DNA of 46,042 nt from a bacterium (GTDB lineage: Bacteria > Auribacterota > UBA3054 > JAAYZF01), in assembly GCA_012514975.1 (NCBI GenBank), contig JAAYZF010000130.1:1-46042 (forward strand), in the 5' to 3' direction. Below are positions 37,232 through 46,042 of this stretch, in pieces. The position numbers and the translations under genes are program-made. Position 1 is the stretch's first letter. Every line of letters starts with the position of its first letter. Under the pieces are notes generated by a model, which saw only the letters and a program-made list of their open reading frames with translations, did not search any database and was not told where the DNA came from.

Positions 37232-38296
37232 ATGCAACAGGTAGCTGCAAGCCTTCTCTCCATCTTCCTGTGCGGATGGTGCTGTGCGCAAGCGCCCATT
37301 GAACCGCCGCCGGCAGGGTACTACTACCATGGTGTCTATCCCGGCGGGGTGACGGGCGAAGAGGACGACATCACGCCCGCTGGCGTGGCTTCGTATGAGT
37401 CGCACGCCGGGAAGCGCGTCGCATGGGTATATTTCTCGCACAACTGGTATCGCGACAGGTCGTTTCCGCTTGCGACGGCATCATGGATCAGCGCATCCGG
37501 GAGCGTGCCGTTCGTGCGGCTGATGCTGCGCGACAGCGCGCGGCAGGACAGGCGCAACCATGTGTTCACGCTCAAGCGCCTGCTCAAGGGCGTGTTTGAC
37601 GAAGACCTGCGCGCCTGGGCGCGGTCAGCGCGTGATTTCTCCGCGCCGCTCATCGCCGAGTTCGGCACGGAGGTCAACGGCCGCTGGTTTCCGTGGAACG
37701 GCCGCTGGAATGGCCGCGGCAGGAAAAAGGGGTACGGCGACCCCACCGAGCCCAACGGCCCTGAACGCTTCCGGGACGCATACCGCCACATCGTCGATCT
37801 TGCCCGCAGCGAGGGGGCGACGAATGTTCTCTGGGTCTTTCATGTCAACAATGAGGACTGGCCTGCAGTCTCGTGGAACCGGTTCGAGAACTACTATCCC
37901 GGCGACGACTACATCGACTGGCTGGGCGTCAGCGTCTACGGCGCGCAGACGCCGCGCGAAGACGCATGGCCGCTGTTCCGCCCGCTGATGGATGCCGTGT
38001 ACCCGCGTCTGGCGGCTCTCAGCTCGAACAAGCCGGTCGCGCTGCTCGAGTTCGGCGCGTGCAGGAACAACCCGCTGGGCGACCAGGCCGCGTGGGCAGA
38101 CGCAGCGCTCAGCGACATCCTGGCCAGCCGCTGGCCGCGGCTGCTCGGCTTCTCGTGGTGGAATGAATGGTGGCAGAACGACAACAACCCCGCGCATGAC
38201 ACGACAATGCGCCTCGAGGACAACCCGGCGCTGTCAAACGTGTTCAGAACGCTCGTGGGCGGCTCGACGAACGTCCTGGAGGATCTCATCCGGTAG
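37232..38296 (+). CDS. Secreted glycoside hydrolase family 26-like protein
   Basis: Signal peptide; FGTEVNGRWFPW (acid/base), YYPGDDYIDWLGVSVY and KPVALLEFG (nucleophile). Confidence 0.8.
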   Translation: MQQVAASLLSIFLCGWCCAQAPIEPPPAGYYYHGVYPGGVTGEEDDITPAGVASYESHAGKRVAWVYFSHNWYRDRSFPLATASWISASGSVPFVRLMLRDSARQDRRNHVFTLKRLLKGVFDEDLRAWARSARDFSAPLIAEFGTEVNGRWFPWNGRWNGRGRKKGYGDPTEPNGPERFRDAYRHIVDLARSEGATNVLWVFHVNNEDWPAVSWNRFENYYPGDDYIDWLGVSVYGAQTPREDAWPLFRPLMDAVYPRLAALSSNKPVALLEFGACRNNPLGDQAAWADAALSDILASRWPRLLGFSWWNEWWQNDNNPAHDTTMRLEDNPALSNVFRTLVGGSTNVLEDLIR

Positions 38297-38317
38297 CGAA
38301 ACGGCCGCAGCAGCGCG

Positions 38318-38977
38318 CTACTTTTTCACTCCTGCCGCGCAGAGATAGCCGTGCGAATTCTTGACGACCTCGAACCAGTCGAAGCCGGCCGCTTTGCACA
38401 GGCCTTCGATCTGTTCCTTTGAATAGTCGTAGATGGGGCACTTCTTGATGAGGTAATAGCGGATGCGGCGCTGGATGCTCCACGGGAACGTGAAGCGCGG
38501 GAATGACGCGACAAAGACGCGCGGCTTGAGCGATGCGGCCTTGTTGAACAGTGGCGCGGGGTCTTTGATGTAGTCGAACAGACCCAGCGCGAGCACCACG
38601 TCAAACGTTTCCGTGAACTCGTGTGCAAGCACATCGCCCTGGATGAACGTGCATTGCCCTGCCACACCCATCTGCCTGGCGATATTCCTGGAGAACTCGA
38701 TCATTGACGGTGCGAAATCGATGCCCGTGACGCGCCGCGCGCCGCGTTTTGCGCATTCGATGCTGTAGCGCGCCGTGCCGCAGCCGATATCGAGCACGGA
38801 TGCGCCGGTGAGATCGCCGCATTTCTCGAACGTGAAGGCATAGCGCTCGTAGAGCCCTTTGCGGAGCGCCTTGTTGACGCGGTACATGAAGCCGTGTTCA
38901 TGCGAGTACAGCGCGTCCCATTCCTTGGGCACCTTGTCGAAGTAGGATTGCGCGCCGGGGTTTTCAGGCGTGGTCAT
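38318..38977 (-). CDS. Class I SAM-dependent methyltransferase
   Basis: VLDIGCGTAR, VTGIDFA and FDVVLALGLFDY. Start at ATG 38977, overlapping the upstream gene. Confidence 0.85.
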   Translation of the reverse strand: MTTPENPGAQSYFDKVPKEWDALYSHEHGFMYRVNKALRKGLYERYAFTFEKCGDLTGASVLDIGCGTARYSIECAKRGARRVTGIDFAPSMIEFSRNIARQMGVAGQCTFIQGDVLAHEFTETFDVVLALGLFDYIKDPAPLFNKAASLKPRVFVASFPRFTFPWSIQRRIRYYLIKKCPIYDYSKEQIEGLCKAAGFDWFEVVKNSHGYLCAAGVKK

Positions 38978-39827
38978 CGAATGCCTCGCGGATCGACGTA
39001 AAGGGAAAACCGCCGAGCAGGCGGGCGAACTTGCCGCGCATGCTCGAACGGAACATGTTCTGCGTGAGCTCGTCCCTGCGCGACTTGAGCCAGCCGAACG
39101 GGGATGAACCGCGGCGATGACGCAGCCGGGCCTCGCCGAATTCGTAGGGATGGCAATAGGCGACGAACGGCATGCCCTCGGCATTCACCGCGCGCACGGC
39201 CCAGCGGATCACCGGGTACGGCATCAGGCGGAAATACCCGCCGCCGGAGACGGGCCAGTTGCGCCCCGCATGCCGCACGGTCGACAAGGGCAGCTCGATC
39301 AGCGTGCCTGACGGGCACGTCACGCGCACCGCGCCGCGCGGAAAGCCCGGCACGCCATAGCGCGCACCGGCGATCGGGAACACGCTGCTGTCATACTTCA
39401 TTTCCAGGCTGGCCATGACGTCGAACGCCCAGTACGTCTGCTCGACGAGGCTGAAGACAGGCGCGCGGAATGACACGACGGGCGCGCCGGTGATGTTGCC
39501 GAGCACGGCGAGCGCGCGGCTGAGCTCTTCCTTGAGCGCCGCGGGCGTCATCCGCTGAAGAGGGGTGTGGCGCAGGCCATGCGAGCCGATTTCATGGCCG
39601 CGGGCAGCGATGTCGCGGACCAGGCCGGGTGTGCGCTCGGCGACATAGCCGACGACGAAGAACGTCGCCCTGGCCCCGTGCTCGTCGAACAGGTCGAGCA
39701 GGTAGCGCGTCGCATTCTCGTAGGGCACATGATACCAGTTCTCGACGTCCACGGTGAGGATGTTGCGAAGCGAGCCGCCGCCGGTCGGCAGCGGCTCGAG
39801 CGAGAAGGCTGTGGAAGCCGTGTTCAT
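38964..39827 (-). CDS. Polysaccharide deacetylase family protein (PEP-CTERM-locus-type, DUF3473-like tail)
   Basis: LTVDVENWY, ATFFVVG, GHEIGSHG, FRAPVFS, YDSSVFP, SGGGYFRLMPY and YCHPYE. Confidence 0.85.
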   Translation of the reverse strand: MNTASTAFSLEPLPTGGGSLRNILTVDVENWYHVPYENATRYLLDLFDEHGARATFFVVGYVAERTPGLVRDIAARGHEIGSHGLRHTPLQRMTPAALKEELSRALAVLGNITGAPVVSFRAPVFSLVEQTYWAFDVMASLEMKYDSSVFPIAGARYGVPGFPRGAVRVTCPSGTLIELPLSTVRHAGRNWPVSGGGYFRLMPYPVIRWAVRAVNAEGMPFVAYCHPYEFGEARLRHRRGSSPFGWLKSRRDELTQNMFRSSMRGKFARLLGGFPFTSIREAFDDHA

Positions 39828-39845
39828 TGCGCGGGGTGGATCACC

Positions 39846-40862
39846 TCAGATCTCGCGGCCCACTGCCGCCGCAACCGAGCGCAACGAGTCCATCAGCTCG
39901 GCGAATGCCGCGGGCGTGAGCGACTGTGAGCCGTCTGACCATGCCTCGTGCGGATCGGGGTGCACTTCAACCATGATGCCGTCGCACCCGGCGGCGACGG
40001 CCGCGCGCGCCATGTCGGGCACGAACGACGCATGGCCGGTGCCGTGGCTCGGGTCGACGATGACAGGCAGGCTGGATTCCTGCTTCAGCGCGGGGACGGC
40101 GCTCAGGTCGAGCGTGTTGCGTGTCAGCGTCTCGAAGGTGCGGATGCCGCGCTCGCAGAGAATCACGTCAAGATTGCCCTGCGCCATGATGTACTCGGCC
40201 GACATGAGCCATTCATGGACGGTGCTGGCGAGCCCGCGCTTCAGCATCACCGGCTTGCGCGTCTGGCCGACGGCTTTGAGCAGGTCGAAGTTCTGCATGT
40301 TCCGCGTGCCGATCTGGAGCACGTCGGCATAGTCGGCGACGAGTGGGAGCACGCTTTCCTTCATCACCTCGGTGACGATCGGCAGGCCGGTCTTCTCGCG
40401 CGCCGCGGCGAGCATTTTCAGCCCCTCCTCCTCGAGGCCCTGGAAACTGTACGGCGATGTCCGCGGCTTGTACGCGCCGCCGCGCAGGAGGGTTGCACCG
40501 GCCTGTTTCACAGCCTCGGCCGTGGCGATGATCTGCTCATGGCTCTCGACCGAGCACGGGCCGGCGATCACCGGCAGCTTCATTCCGCCGAACACGACGC
40601 CGGGCGCAACGGTGACGGGCGTCTTCTTCCGCAGCTCGAGCCCGGCCAGCTTGTACGGCTTGAGGATGGGGATGACGCGCTCGACGCCCGGCGACGTCTC
40701 GAGCTGCTGCAGCCGGGCCTTGCCGCGTTCATCGCCGATGGCGCCTATGACGGTGCGCTCGACGCCGAAGATGGGATGCGTCTGGTATCCCATCGATTCG
40801 ATCTCCTTCATCACGTCGTCGATCTCGCGCCGCGAGGCGCCTTTTTGCATGACAATGATCAT
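39846..40862 (-). CDS. aroF: 3-deoxy-7-phosphoheptulonate (DAHP) synthase, type I-beta with N-terminal regulatory domain
   Basis: [34 protein letters not shown] and IVDPSH. Confidence 0.96.
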   Translation of the reverse strand: MIIVMQKGASRREIDDVMKEIESMGYQTHPIFGVERTVIGAIGDERGKARLQQLETSPGVERVIPILKPYKLAGLELRKKTPVTVAPGVVFGGMKLPVIAGPCSVESHEQIIATAEAVKQAGATLLRGGAYKPRTSPYSFQGLEEEGLKMLAAAREKTGLPIVTEVMKESVLPLVADYADVLQIGTRNMQNFDLLKAVGQTRKPVMLKRGLASTVHEWLMSAEYIMAQGNLDVILCERGIRTFETLTRNTLDLSAVPALKQESSLPVIVDPSHGTGHASFVPDMARAAVAAGCDGIMVEVHPDPHEAWSDGSQSLTPAAFAELMDSLRSVAAAVGREI

Positions 40863-40903
40863 GAACGCATCGTATTCGGGTTATCACTGCACAGCGCGCA
40901 GGT

Positions 40904-41335
40904 TCAGTACTCCATGGCGCCGACAGCGTTGAGCGCGTTGCGCCGTGGCCTGCCCTCATCGTCCATATGCCACACGTCGTCAATGAACCACCGCTTGCGC
41001 AACGACAGGTCCATCCGGAGCGGCCAGTCGATCACCGTCTCGTCCCGCAGGTCGAAGCGGACGCGGACGTCCACATGCGCCCTGTCAGGCGTGACGATCT
41101 CCCCGGCGCCGACGGCGAAGGAGGTGCTCTTGACCATCTGGCGGTGGTAGAAGACGAGGTCCTGGCGGTTCGAGTACAACTCCTGGATGGCCGGGCCGGT
41201 GTACTGGAGCGCCTGCTCGTACTTCTTGGCTTCGAGCGCATCGAGGCATTCCTGCACGACGCGGGCAGGCGGCGGCGGCTCGCACGCGGCAAGGAGGAAG
41301 GCAGCCATCAACGCAGTCGAAGCGACCTTTATCAT
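40904..41335 (-). CDS. Hypothetical lipoprotein (NTF2-like fold possible)
   Basis: Lipobox LAA-C; pattern ...ALEAKKYEQALQY...AHVDVRV...WFIDD. Confidence 0.65.
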   Translation of the reverse strand: MIKVASTALMAAFLLAACEPPPPARVVQECLDALEAKKYEQALQYTGPAIQELYSNRQDLVFYHRQMVKSTSFAVGAGEIVTPDRAHVDVRVRFDLRDETVIDWPLRMDLSLRKRWFIDDVWHMDDEGRPRRNALNAVGAMEY

Positions 41336-41341
41336 GCGGAT

Positions 41342-41370
41342 ATTGTAGCAGAGCAGGCGGATTGTGTCAA
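41342..41370 (-). promoter_or_regulatory. sigma70 promoter placed for a leaderless mRNA (lipoprotein-aroF unit)
   Basis: Minus strand TTGACA-N17-TACAAT, then 6 nt, then ATG 41335. Confidence 0.78.
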
Positions 41371-41419
41371 AGGGGTTCCGTTGCCCGGTTCCGTCGCCGG
41401 GACCGGGGTTGCGGCGCGG

Positions 41420-42322
41420 CTACGCGAACGCAACGACGCCGTCGATCGACGCGGTGTCCGTAAGGGCCATGAGCAGCCGGTCGATCCCCAGCGCCATGCC
41501 CGCGCAGGGCGGGAGGGAACGCAGTGCGTTCATGAACGCGGCGGGCCAGGGATACGGGTCCTTGCCCTGGCGGATGCGGGCGTCCTGTTCGGCGTGTAGG
41601 GTGCGTTCCTGGAGGGCGGGATCGGCGATCTCGGTGCAGCCGTTGGCGATCTCGAGGCCGGCGATGTAAAGCTCGAGCCGTTCGGCGCGGGCGGGGCGTT
41701 CCTGCGTTCGTTTCGCCATGGGGCAGAAGCACGAGGGGTAGTCGTGGAGAAACGCGGGCCGCCGGAGCCCAAGGCGCGGCTCGACGCGTTCGACCAGCGC
41801 GGCATCAAAGACGAAGGCGTCCGGCTCGTCAGCCAGCTCGATGCCGGCGTGCGTTCTGAACGCGTCGTCAACGGCGATGAACTCCGGCATGCCGCGCAGC
41901 ATGACGGTGTTGCCGCGGCAGGAAGCCGGCTCGGGCAGGCCGAGCGCATCGGCGGCAGCCTTGAGCAGCCCGTGCGCGTCGGCGGCGAGATCGCGGTAAT
42001 CGGCGCCCGTGCGGTACCATTCGAGCATGGTGAACTCGGGAAGGTGGCGCGCGCCGCGTTCGCCGAGCCGGAAACATTTCGACACCTGGAATATCCTGTC
42101 GAAACCGGCGGCGAGAAGCTGCTTCATGTGCACTTCGGGCGACGGGGCGAGGTAGCGGTCGCCCACGGGCGGCGCGTCGATGAAGCGCTCGGGGATCGGC
42201 TCGTCAACGAGGCATGGCGTCTCGACTTCCATGAACCCGCCGGCGGCGAAGAACGAACGAACCGCGCCCAGAAGCCGAGCGCGGCGTTCGAGAATTTCAT
42301 GCGTTGCGGCCAGGGAGCGCAC
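41420..42322 (-). CDS. epmA: EF-P lysine aminoacylase (GenX/EpmA)
   Basis: LysRS catalytic core without an anticodon domain: EVETP, SPEVHMKQLL, HLPEFTMLEWY, GLEIANG and GMALGIDRLLM; adjacent to efp. Confidence 0.92.
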   Translation of the reverse strand: MRSLAATHEILERRARLLGAVRSFFAAGGFMEVETPCLVDEPIPERFIDAPPVGDRYLAPSPEVHMKQLLAAGFDRIFQVSKCFRLGERGARHLPEFTMLEWYRTGADYRDLAADAHGLLKAAADALGLPEPASCRGNTVMLRGMPEFIAVDDAFRTHAGIELADEPDAFVFDAALVERVEPRLGLRRPAFLHDYPSCFCPMAKRTQERPARAERLELYIAGLEIANGCTEIADPALQERTLHAEQDARIRQGKDPYPWPAAFMNALRSLPPCAGMALGIDRLLMALTDTASIDGVVAFA

Positions 42323-42335
42323 GGATGCCGCCGTG

Positions 42336-42899
42336 TTAGCGCTTTACGCGCTCGACGTATTCGCTGGTGCGCGTATCCACCTTGATCCACTCGCCTTCGT
42401 TGATGAACAGCGGCACCTGCACTTCGAGCCCGTTCTCGAGCTTCGCGGGCTTGGTCACGTTCGTCGCCGTGTCGCCGCGCACACCGGGGTCGGACTGCAC
42501 GATCTTGAGCACGACGAACGGCGGGAGCTGCACGTCGATGATCCGCTCGCCAAACAGGAGGACATCGACCTTCATGTTCGGCATGAGGTAGTACTTCTTG
42601 TCCCCCATCACCTCGTCTTCGGCAAGGTAGTTCTCGAACGTGTCCGGGTCCATGAAGCAGAAGTGATGGCCGTCGACATAGAGGAATTCCATCGCCTTGG
42701 ACACCGTGTCAGCGGCATCGAACTTGTCGCCTGAGCGGTACGAGCGGTCGAGGTTCGAGCCGGTGATGAGGTTCTTCATGCGCATGCGGTAGATGGCCTG
42801 GCCTTTGCCCGGCTTGGCGAACTCGTAGTCGGTGATCAGGTACGGCTCGCCGTCGATCTGGACTTTCATGCCCTTCTTGAGTTGTCCCACTTCATACAT
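42336..42899 (-). CDS. efp: Elongation factor P
   Basis: KPGKGQA, PGVRGDTA and VPLFINEGE..KVDTR. Confidence 0.97.
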   Translation of the reverse strand: MYEVGQLKKGMKVQIDGEPYLITDYEFAKPGKGQAIYRMRMKNLITGSNLDRSYRSGDKFDAADTVSKAMEFLYVDGHHFCFMDPDTFENYLAEDEVMGDKKYYLMPNMKVDVLLFGERIIDVQLPPFVVLKIVQSDPGVRGDTATNVTKPAKLENGLEVQVPLFINEGEWIKVDTRTSEYVERVKR

Positions 42900-42969
42900 A
42901 ACAAACACTCGTTGCTTCGCGTTATCTGGCGTTCCCCGTCAATTGCAGGGTATCATTTACAGAAGCATT

Positions 42970-42998
42970 AGTATATGAAATCACGCGGTTTTATGCAA
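42970..42998 (-). promoter_or_regulatory. sigma70 promoter for efp-epmA
   Basis: Minus strand TTGCAT-N17-TATACT. Confidence 0.65.
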
Positions 42999-44175
42999 CT
43001 TTCTCCCGTGAGAGAAACGCATGGATGCGCTCGCACGCCGCATCGTTCATGAAGTCTGCGTGCTTGAGCCCCTGTTCGAGCACGAGATCGCAGGTGTTGC
43101 CATGTTCTTTCATGGCCTGCGCGAACGCGCGCACGCTGTCAACAGGGATGAACTCATCCGCGGTGCCAAGGAAGAGGAGACACGGCGGCATTCCCTGGCG
43201 GATGTGGTGATGCGGCGAGAGCTGCACGTCGTCGCACGCGCCTCGCAGCACATAATGGAACCAGTTGTCGCGCAACGGGTCCACGCACGGCGCGATCAGC
43301 ACCGTCGCCCCGGGCCGCGCGCTGAGACGCGTGTCGGCGGAGGGCTCCTCGATGCCGTCAATGCAGGCAAGACACGCGGCAAGATGGCCGCCGGCGGACC
43401 AGCCCGCGGCGGTGACGCGCGCGGGGTCGATGCCCCATTCCTCCGCATGAGCCCTGAGCCAGCGGATGGCGGCGCGTGCATCGTGGAGGCCATCGAGCGG
43501 CGTGTCGTTCGAGCGGCCCTTTATGCGGTACTCGAACGACGCAGCGACGAAGCCTCTGGCCGCGAAGAACCGGCAGAATGGGAAGAACTGCTCGGGAGTG
43601 CCGTCGTACCACCCGCCGCCAAAGAGGAAACAGATGGCGGGCCGCAGCGCGCCGGACGTTGCGGCAGGCATGAACACGTGCGCGTTGAGAACGCCGCGGG
43701 CGGTATCGCGGTATGCGAACACCTGGTGGCCGGCATTGGCCCGCCTGGCCCCGTCAATCTGCCCAAGCAGTTCCGCTCTCTGCGCCGCATCGGTGCACCG
43801 CGCGCGGAACAATGCGGCAAGCGGCTCACAGCCGTACGTGCCGAACGTGCGGAGATGCTCGCGCATGATGAGGCAGAGGGCGTAGTCGCGAATCTGCGCG
43901 TCGGGAAAGGCGAGTGCGAGCTCCATTTTGCGCATGGTGAAGCAGAAATCAGTGGCGGCATGCGGCTGTACCTCGAGATCATGCTTTGCCTGCATGTCGA
44001 GATAGACGGCGAGGAAGGCGCGGTACACATCGCCGGCCAGCAGGCGCGCATCGTCGAACGGCACGCGCGGCGCAGCGTCGTGGAATCCGGCGGGAAAGCG
44101 GTACGGGCTCCGCTGCTTCAGCGCGGTCTCGAACGGCTGCCGCCAGTAGCTGATGGCGCGTGTGAATTCATCCAT
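42991..44175 (-). CDS. Alpha/beta hydrolase (HSL/BD-FAE-like esterase) with an extra N-terminal domain
   Basis: FGGGW oxyanion motif, GWSAGG nucleophile, GTADE Asp and LKHA His. Start at ATG 44175. Confidence 0.82.
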   Translation of the reverse strand: MDEFTRAISYWRQPFETALKQRSPYRFPAGFHDAAPRVPFDDARLLAGDVYRAFLAVYLDMQAKHDLEVQPHAATDFCFTMRKMELALAFPDAQIRDYALCLIMREHLRTFGTYGCEPLAALFRARCTDAAQRAELLGQIDGARRANAGHQVFAYRDTARGVLNAHVFMPAATSGALRPAICFLFGGGWYDGTPEQFFPFCRFFAARGFVAASFEYRIKGRSNDTPLDGLHDARAAIRWLRAHAEEWGIDPARVTAAGWSAGGHLAACLACIDGIEEPSADTRLSARPGATVLIAPCVDPLRDNWFHYVLRGACDDVQLSPHHHIRQGMPPCLLFLGTADEFIPVDSVRAFAQAMKEHGNTCDLVLEQGLKHADFMNDAACERIHAFLSREKVA

Positions 44176-44182
44176 TGGTCGC

Positions 44183-46042
44183 TCAGCGCACGATGGTGAA
44201 GTACGTGTCTTCCGGCAGCGGCACGCTCGCGCCGGCGTCGCCGGCGGCAATCGCGGCCGGCGGGCCCTGCGGATAGCCGTAGAGGTCGAGCGGCTGCGCG
44301 TTGACGACGGAACGCGTGCGGAAGGTGATCGTGCCATGCACGCGCGCGATCTCGAACGGTTGGTGGCCCATATTGTCAATGCGGCGCGCGCCGGGCGGCA
44401 GCGCGATGGTCTGCGTTTTGCCGCCCTGTGCGACCTGGACCATCGTGCCCGCGGGCAGCACGGGGGCGTTCCAGCCGGACAGATGCGCATCGGTGACTGC
44501 CTGGACAAGTATGCGCGGAGCTTTTGCCAGGGGCGTGCCGTCAAGCGAGATCACGAGCACGGCGGCGAGATCGTTGTGGCAGTCAATGGTGACATCCGCC
44601 AGCTCGATCTTCTTTGCCGCGGCAAGCAGTCCCACTGCGCCCTGCGCGCACGGTGTATTGATGGTGAGAAGCTGCCTTCCCCAGTCGAGGGCAAGTTCGC
44701 CGGTGATGCTGCGCACGGTCTTATTCGAGCGGTTGATGCACGACTCGAGCACGTTGGTATCGATCGTCGTTTCAGCGGGCTCGCCGATCGAGTACTCGAT
44801 GGCGCCTACCTGGAACGCAAGCGGGTCGGCGCCGCCGGGCAGCGGTGCGCCGGCCGGGTCGACCGTCTTTTTCTCGTCGTCGCCGAAATGGTAGAGCGGG
44901 TCGCCGTTCTGTATGTCGAGGATTGGCGGGAATTGCTTGGCGGCATAGGAGGATACAGGACGTTGATACGAGACGACCACCGGCGCTTCGCGCACGCAGC
45001 CATTGCGGAACAGCAGGGACGCGCCGGGGAACTGCCCCATGATCTGCGGCCAGTTGTGGTTGAACTTGTTGATGGTGCCGCCGCCCATGTTGTTGCCGTA
45101 CCCGTTCCATTCGACCTGGAGCCATGTGATCTGGTCGAAATCCTGCAGCGATCCGTATGCCGCGGCGGCAAGCTGGCCTTCGAGCGCGAAGCGGTTGGGC
45201 CCGGGAAGCCCCATCTCGGTGCAGATCATCGGCACGGCCCTCATGCGCTTGTAGTTGGTGGGTATCAGGCGCGGATTGGCGAGCACGGACCCGTCGGCGA
45301 AGTAATCTCCCGGGCCGATGCGATAGCCGGAGAGGCTTCGGTTGCGCGGGTTGAGGTGGAAGGAAGCCGAGTACTGATGATACCCGATGCAGTCGGTGCC
45401 GGGCGGCAGGGTGGCGTAGCGTGCAAGGTCGTTCAGCAGCGCCGCATCGCACGGCGCCCAGTCGCCCCCGAGGATGAGTCCCTTGTAGCCGCACTCCTCC
45501 TTGATGAACCGGGCGATTTCACCGTTGTACTCGCGTTCGAGCTGCGTGACGAACTCGATGAGGTCGCCGGCATAGCGGTTCATGGCGGGGCTCATCCATT
45601 TGAGCGCCTCGCGCACCATGAACCACGACTCGATGGGGCGGAGCATCGCGGCATCGCCGGCGCCCTCGAAGACATTCGTGCGCTCGACCGCGCTGAGCTG
45701 CCATGCGGCGGCGGCATTGTCGAGCGAGCCGTGTTTGCCGCGGACGAACGCGGTGAACTGCGCGCGCAGCTCGCGCCAGCGGACGGCGTCGCAGCAGTTC
45801 GAGCTGAGCCCGTGGAAAAACAGGTTCTCTTCGTTCTGCAGCTCGATGATGTTCACCGCCGGGTCGTCGGCAAGAGCGACGCCGGTGTAGGGATTCGTCG
45901 TGGTAAGAATCTGGCGGTACCATCCCTTGGCAAGCTCCTGCAAGTCCTTGCACCAGTAGAACGGTTTGCCGCTGCCGACGTACCCGGGCACTTTGGGGTT
46001 GTTCACCACGCGCCAGTGGCCCTGAATCCACCACGGGCAGTA
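44183..46042 (-). CDS. Clan GH-A-like glycoside hydrolase (partial, runs off window end)
   Basis: TTNPYTGVALADDPAV..IELQNE (acid/base), GYHQY and PMICTEMG (nucleophile); reading frame is open to position 46042. Confidence 0.7.
   Translation of the reverse strand, partial: YCPWWIQGHWRVVNNPKVPGYVGSGKPFYWCKDLQELAKGWYRQILTTTNPYTGVALADDPAVNIIELQNEENLFFHGLSSNCCDAVRWRELRAQFTAFVRGKHGSLDNAAAAWQLSAVERTNVFEGAGDAAMLRPIESWFMVREALKWMSPAMNRYAGDLIEFVTQLEREYNGEIARFIKEECGYKGLILGGDWAPCDAALLNDLARYATLPPGTDCIGYHQYSASFHLNPRNRSLSGYRIGPGDYFADGSVLANPRLIPTNYKRMRAVPMICTEMGLPGPNRFALEGQLAAAAYGSLQDFDQITWLQVEWNGYGNNMGGGTINKFNHNWPQIMGQFPGASLLFRNGCVREAPVVVSYQRPVSSYAAKQFPPILDIQNGDPLYHFGDDEKKTVDPAGAPLPGGADPLAFQVGAIEYSIGEPAETTIDTNVLESCINRSNKTVRSITGELALDWGRQLLTINTPCAQGAVGLLAAAKKIELADVTIDCHNDLAAVLVISLDGTPLAKAPRILVQAVTDAHLSGWNAPVLPAGTMVQVAQGGKTQTIALPPGARRIDNMGHQPFEIARVHGTITFRTRSVVNAQPLDLYGYPQGPPAAIAAGDAGASVPLPEDTYFTIVR

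Overview
High-GC (~65%) bacterial chromosomal window. PEP-CTERM proteins, a Zn-ribbon-insert ValRS and Thr-Asn-rich secreted proteins suggest a PVC-superphylum-like Gram-negative lineage (inference only). The housekeeping blocks are maf-ROK-rnc-valS, cimA-apgM, tRNA-Leu-tatA-tatC, rplY-pth-rpsF-(lipoprotein)-rpsR-rplI-dnaB-metK and efp-epmA-aroF. Accessory elements sit between them. (1) A five-gene, co-oriented locus at 19080-29336 encodes an ECF sigma, a membrane anti-sigma-like protein with an extracytoplasmic 'FRG' tail, a LamG/PKD PEP-CTERM protein, a signal-peptide-bearing TPR-CHAT (caspase-clan) protease and a second paralogous PEP-CTERM protein, with a shared GCACC-N16-CGT motif upstream of two of its genes. 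This is the best candidate for an undescribed protease-triggered surface signalling system. (2) An ExbB-ExbD-coiled-coil-PA14-like module with no TonB or TonB-dependent receptor is coupled to GH78 and alginate-lyase-family genes. (3) An unannotated Ile/Val/Leu-rich leader peptide with terminator and antiterminator lies upstream of apgM-cimA. (4) A four-helix-bundle gene is enclosed by a 26-bp inverted repeat made of heptamers, and similar gene-less microsatellites lie between dnaB and metK. (5) An AbiEii-type toxin-antitoxin-like pair lies between cimA and valS. Several near-consensus sigma70 promoters are visible, two implying leaderless mRNAs. All product calls come from motif recognition, not database searches.
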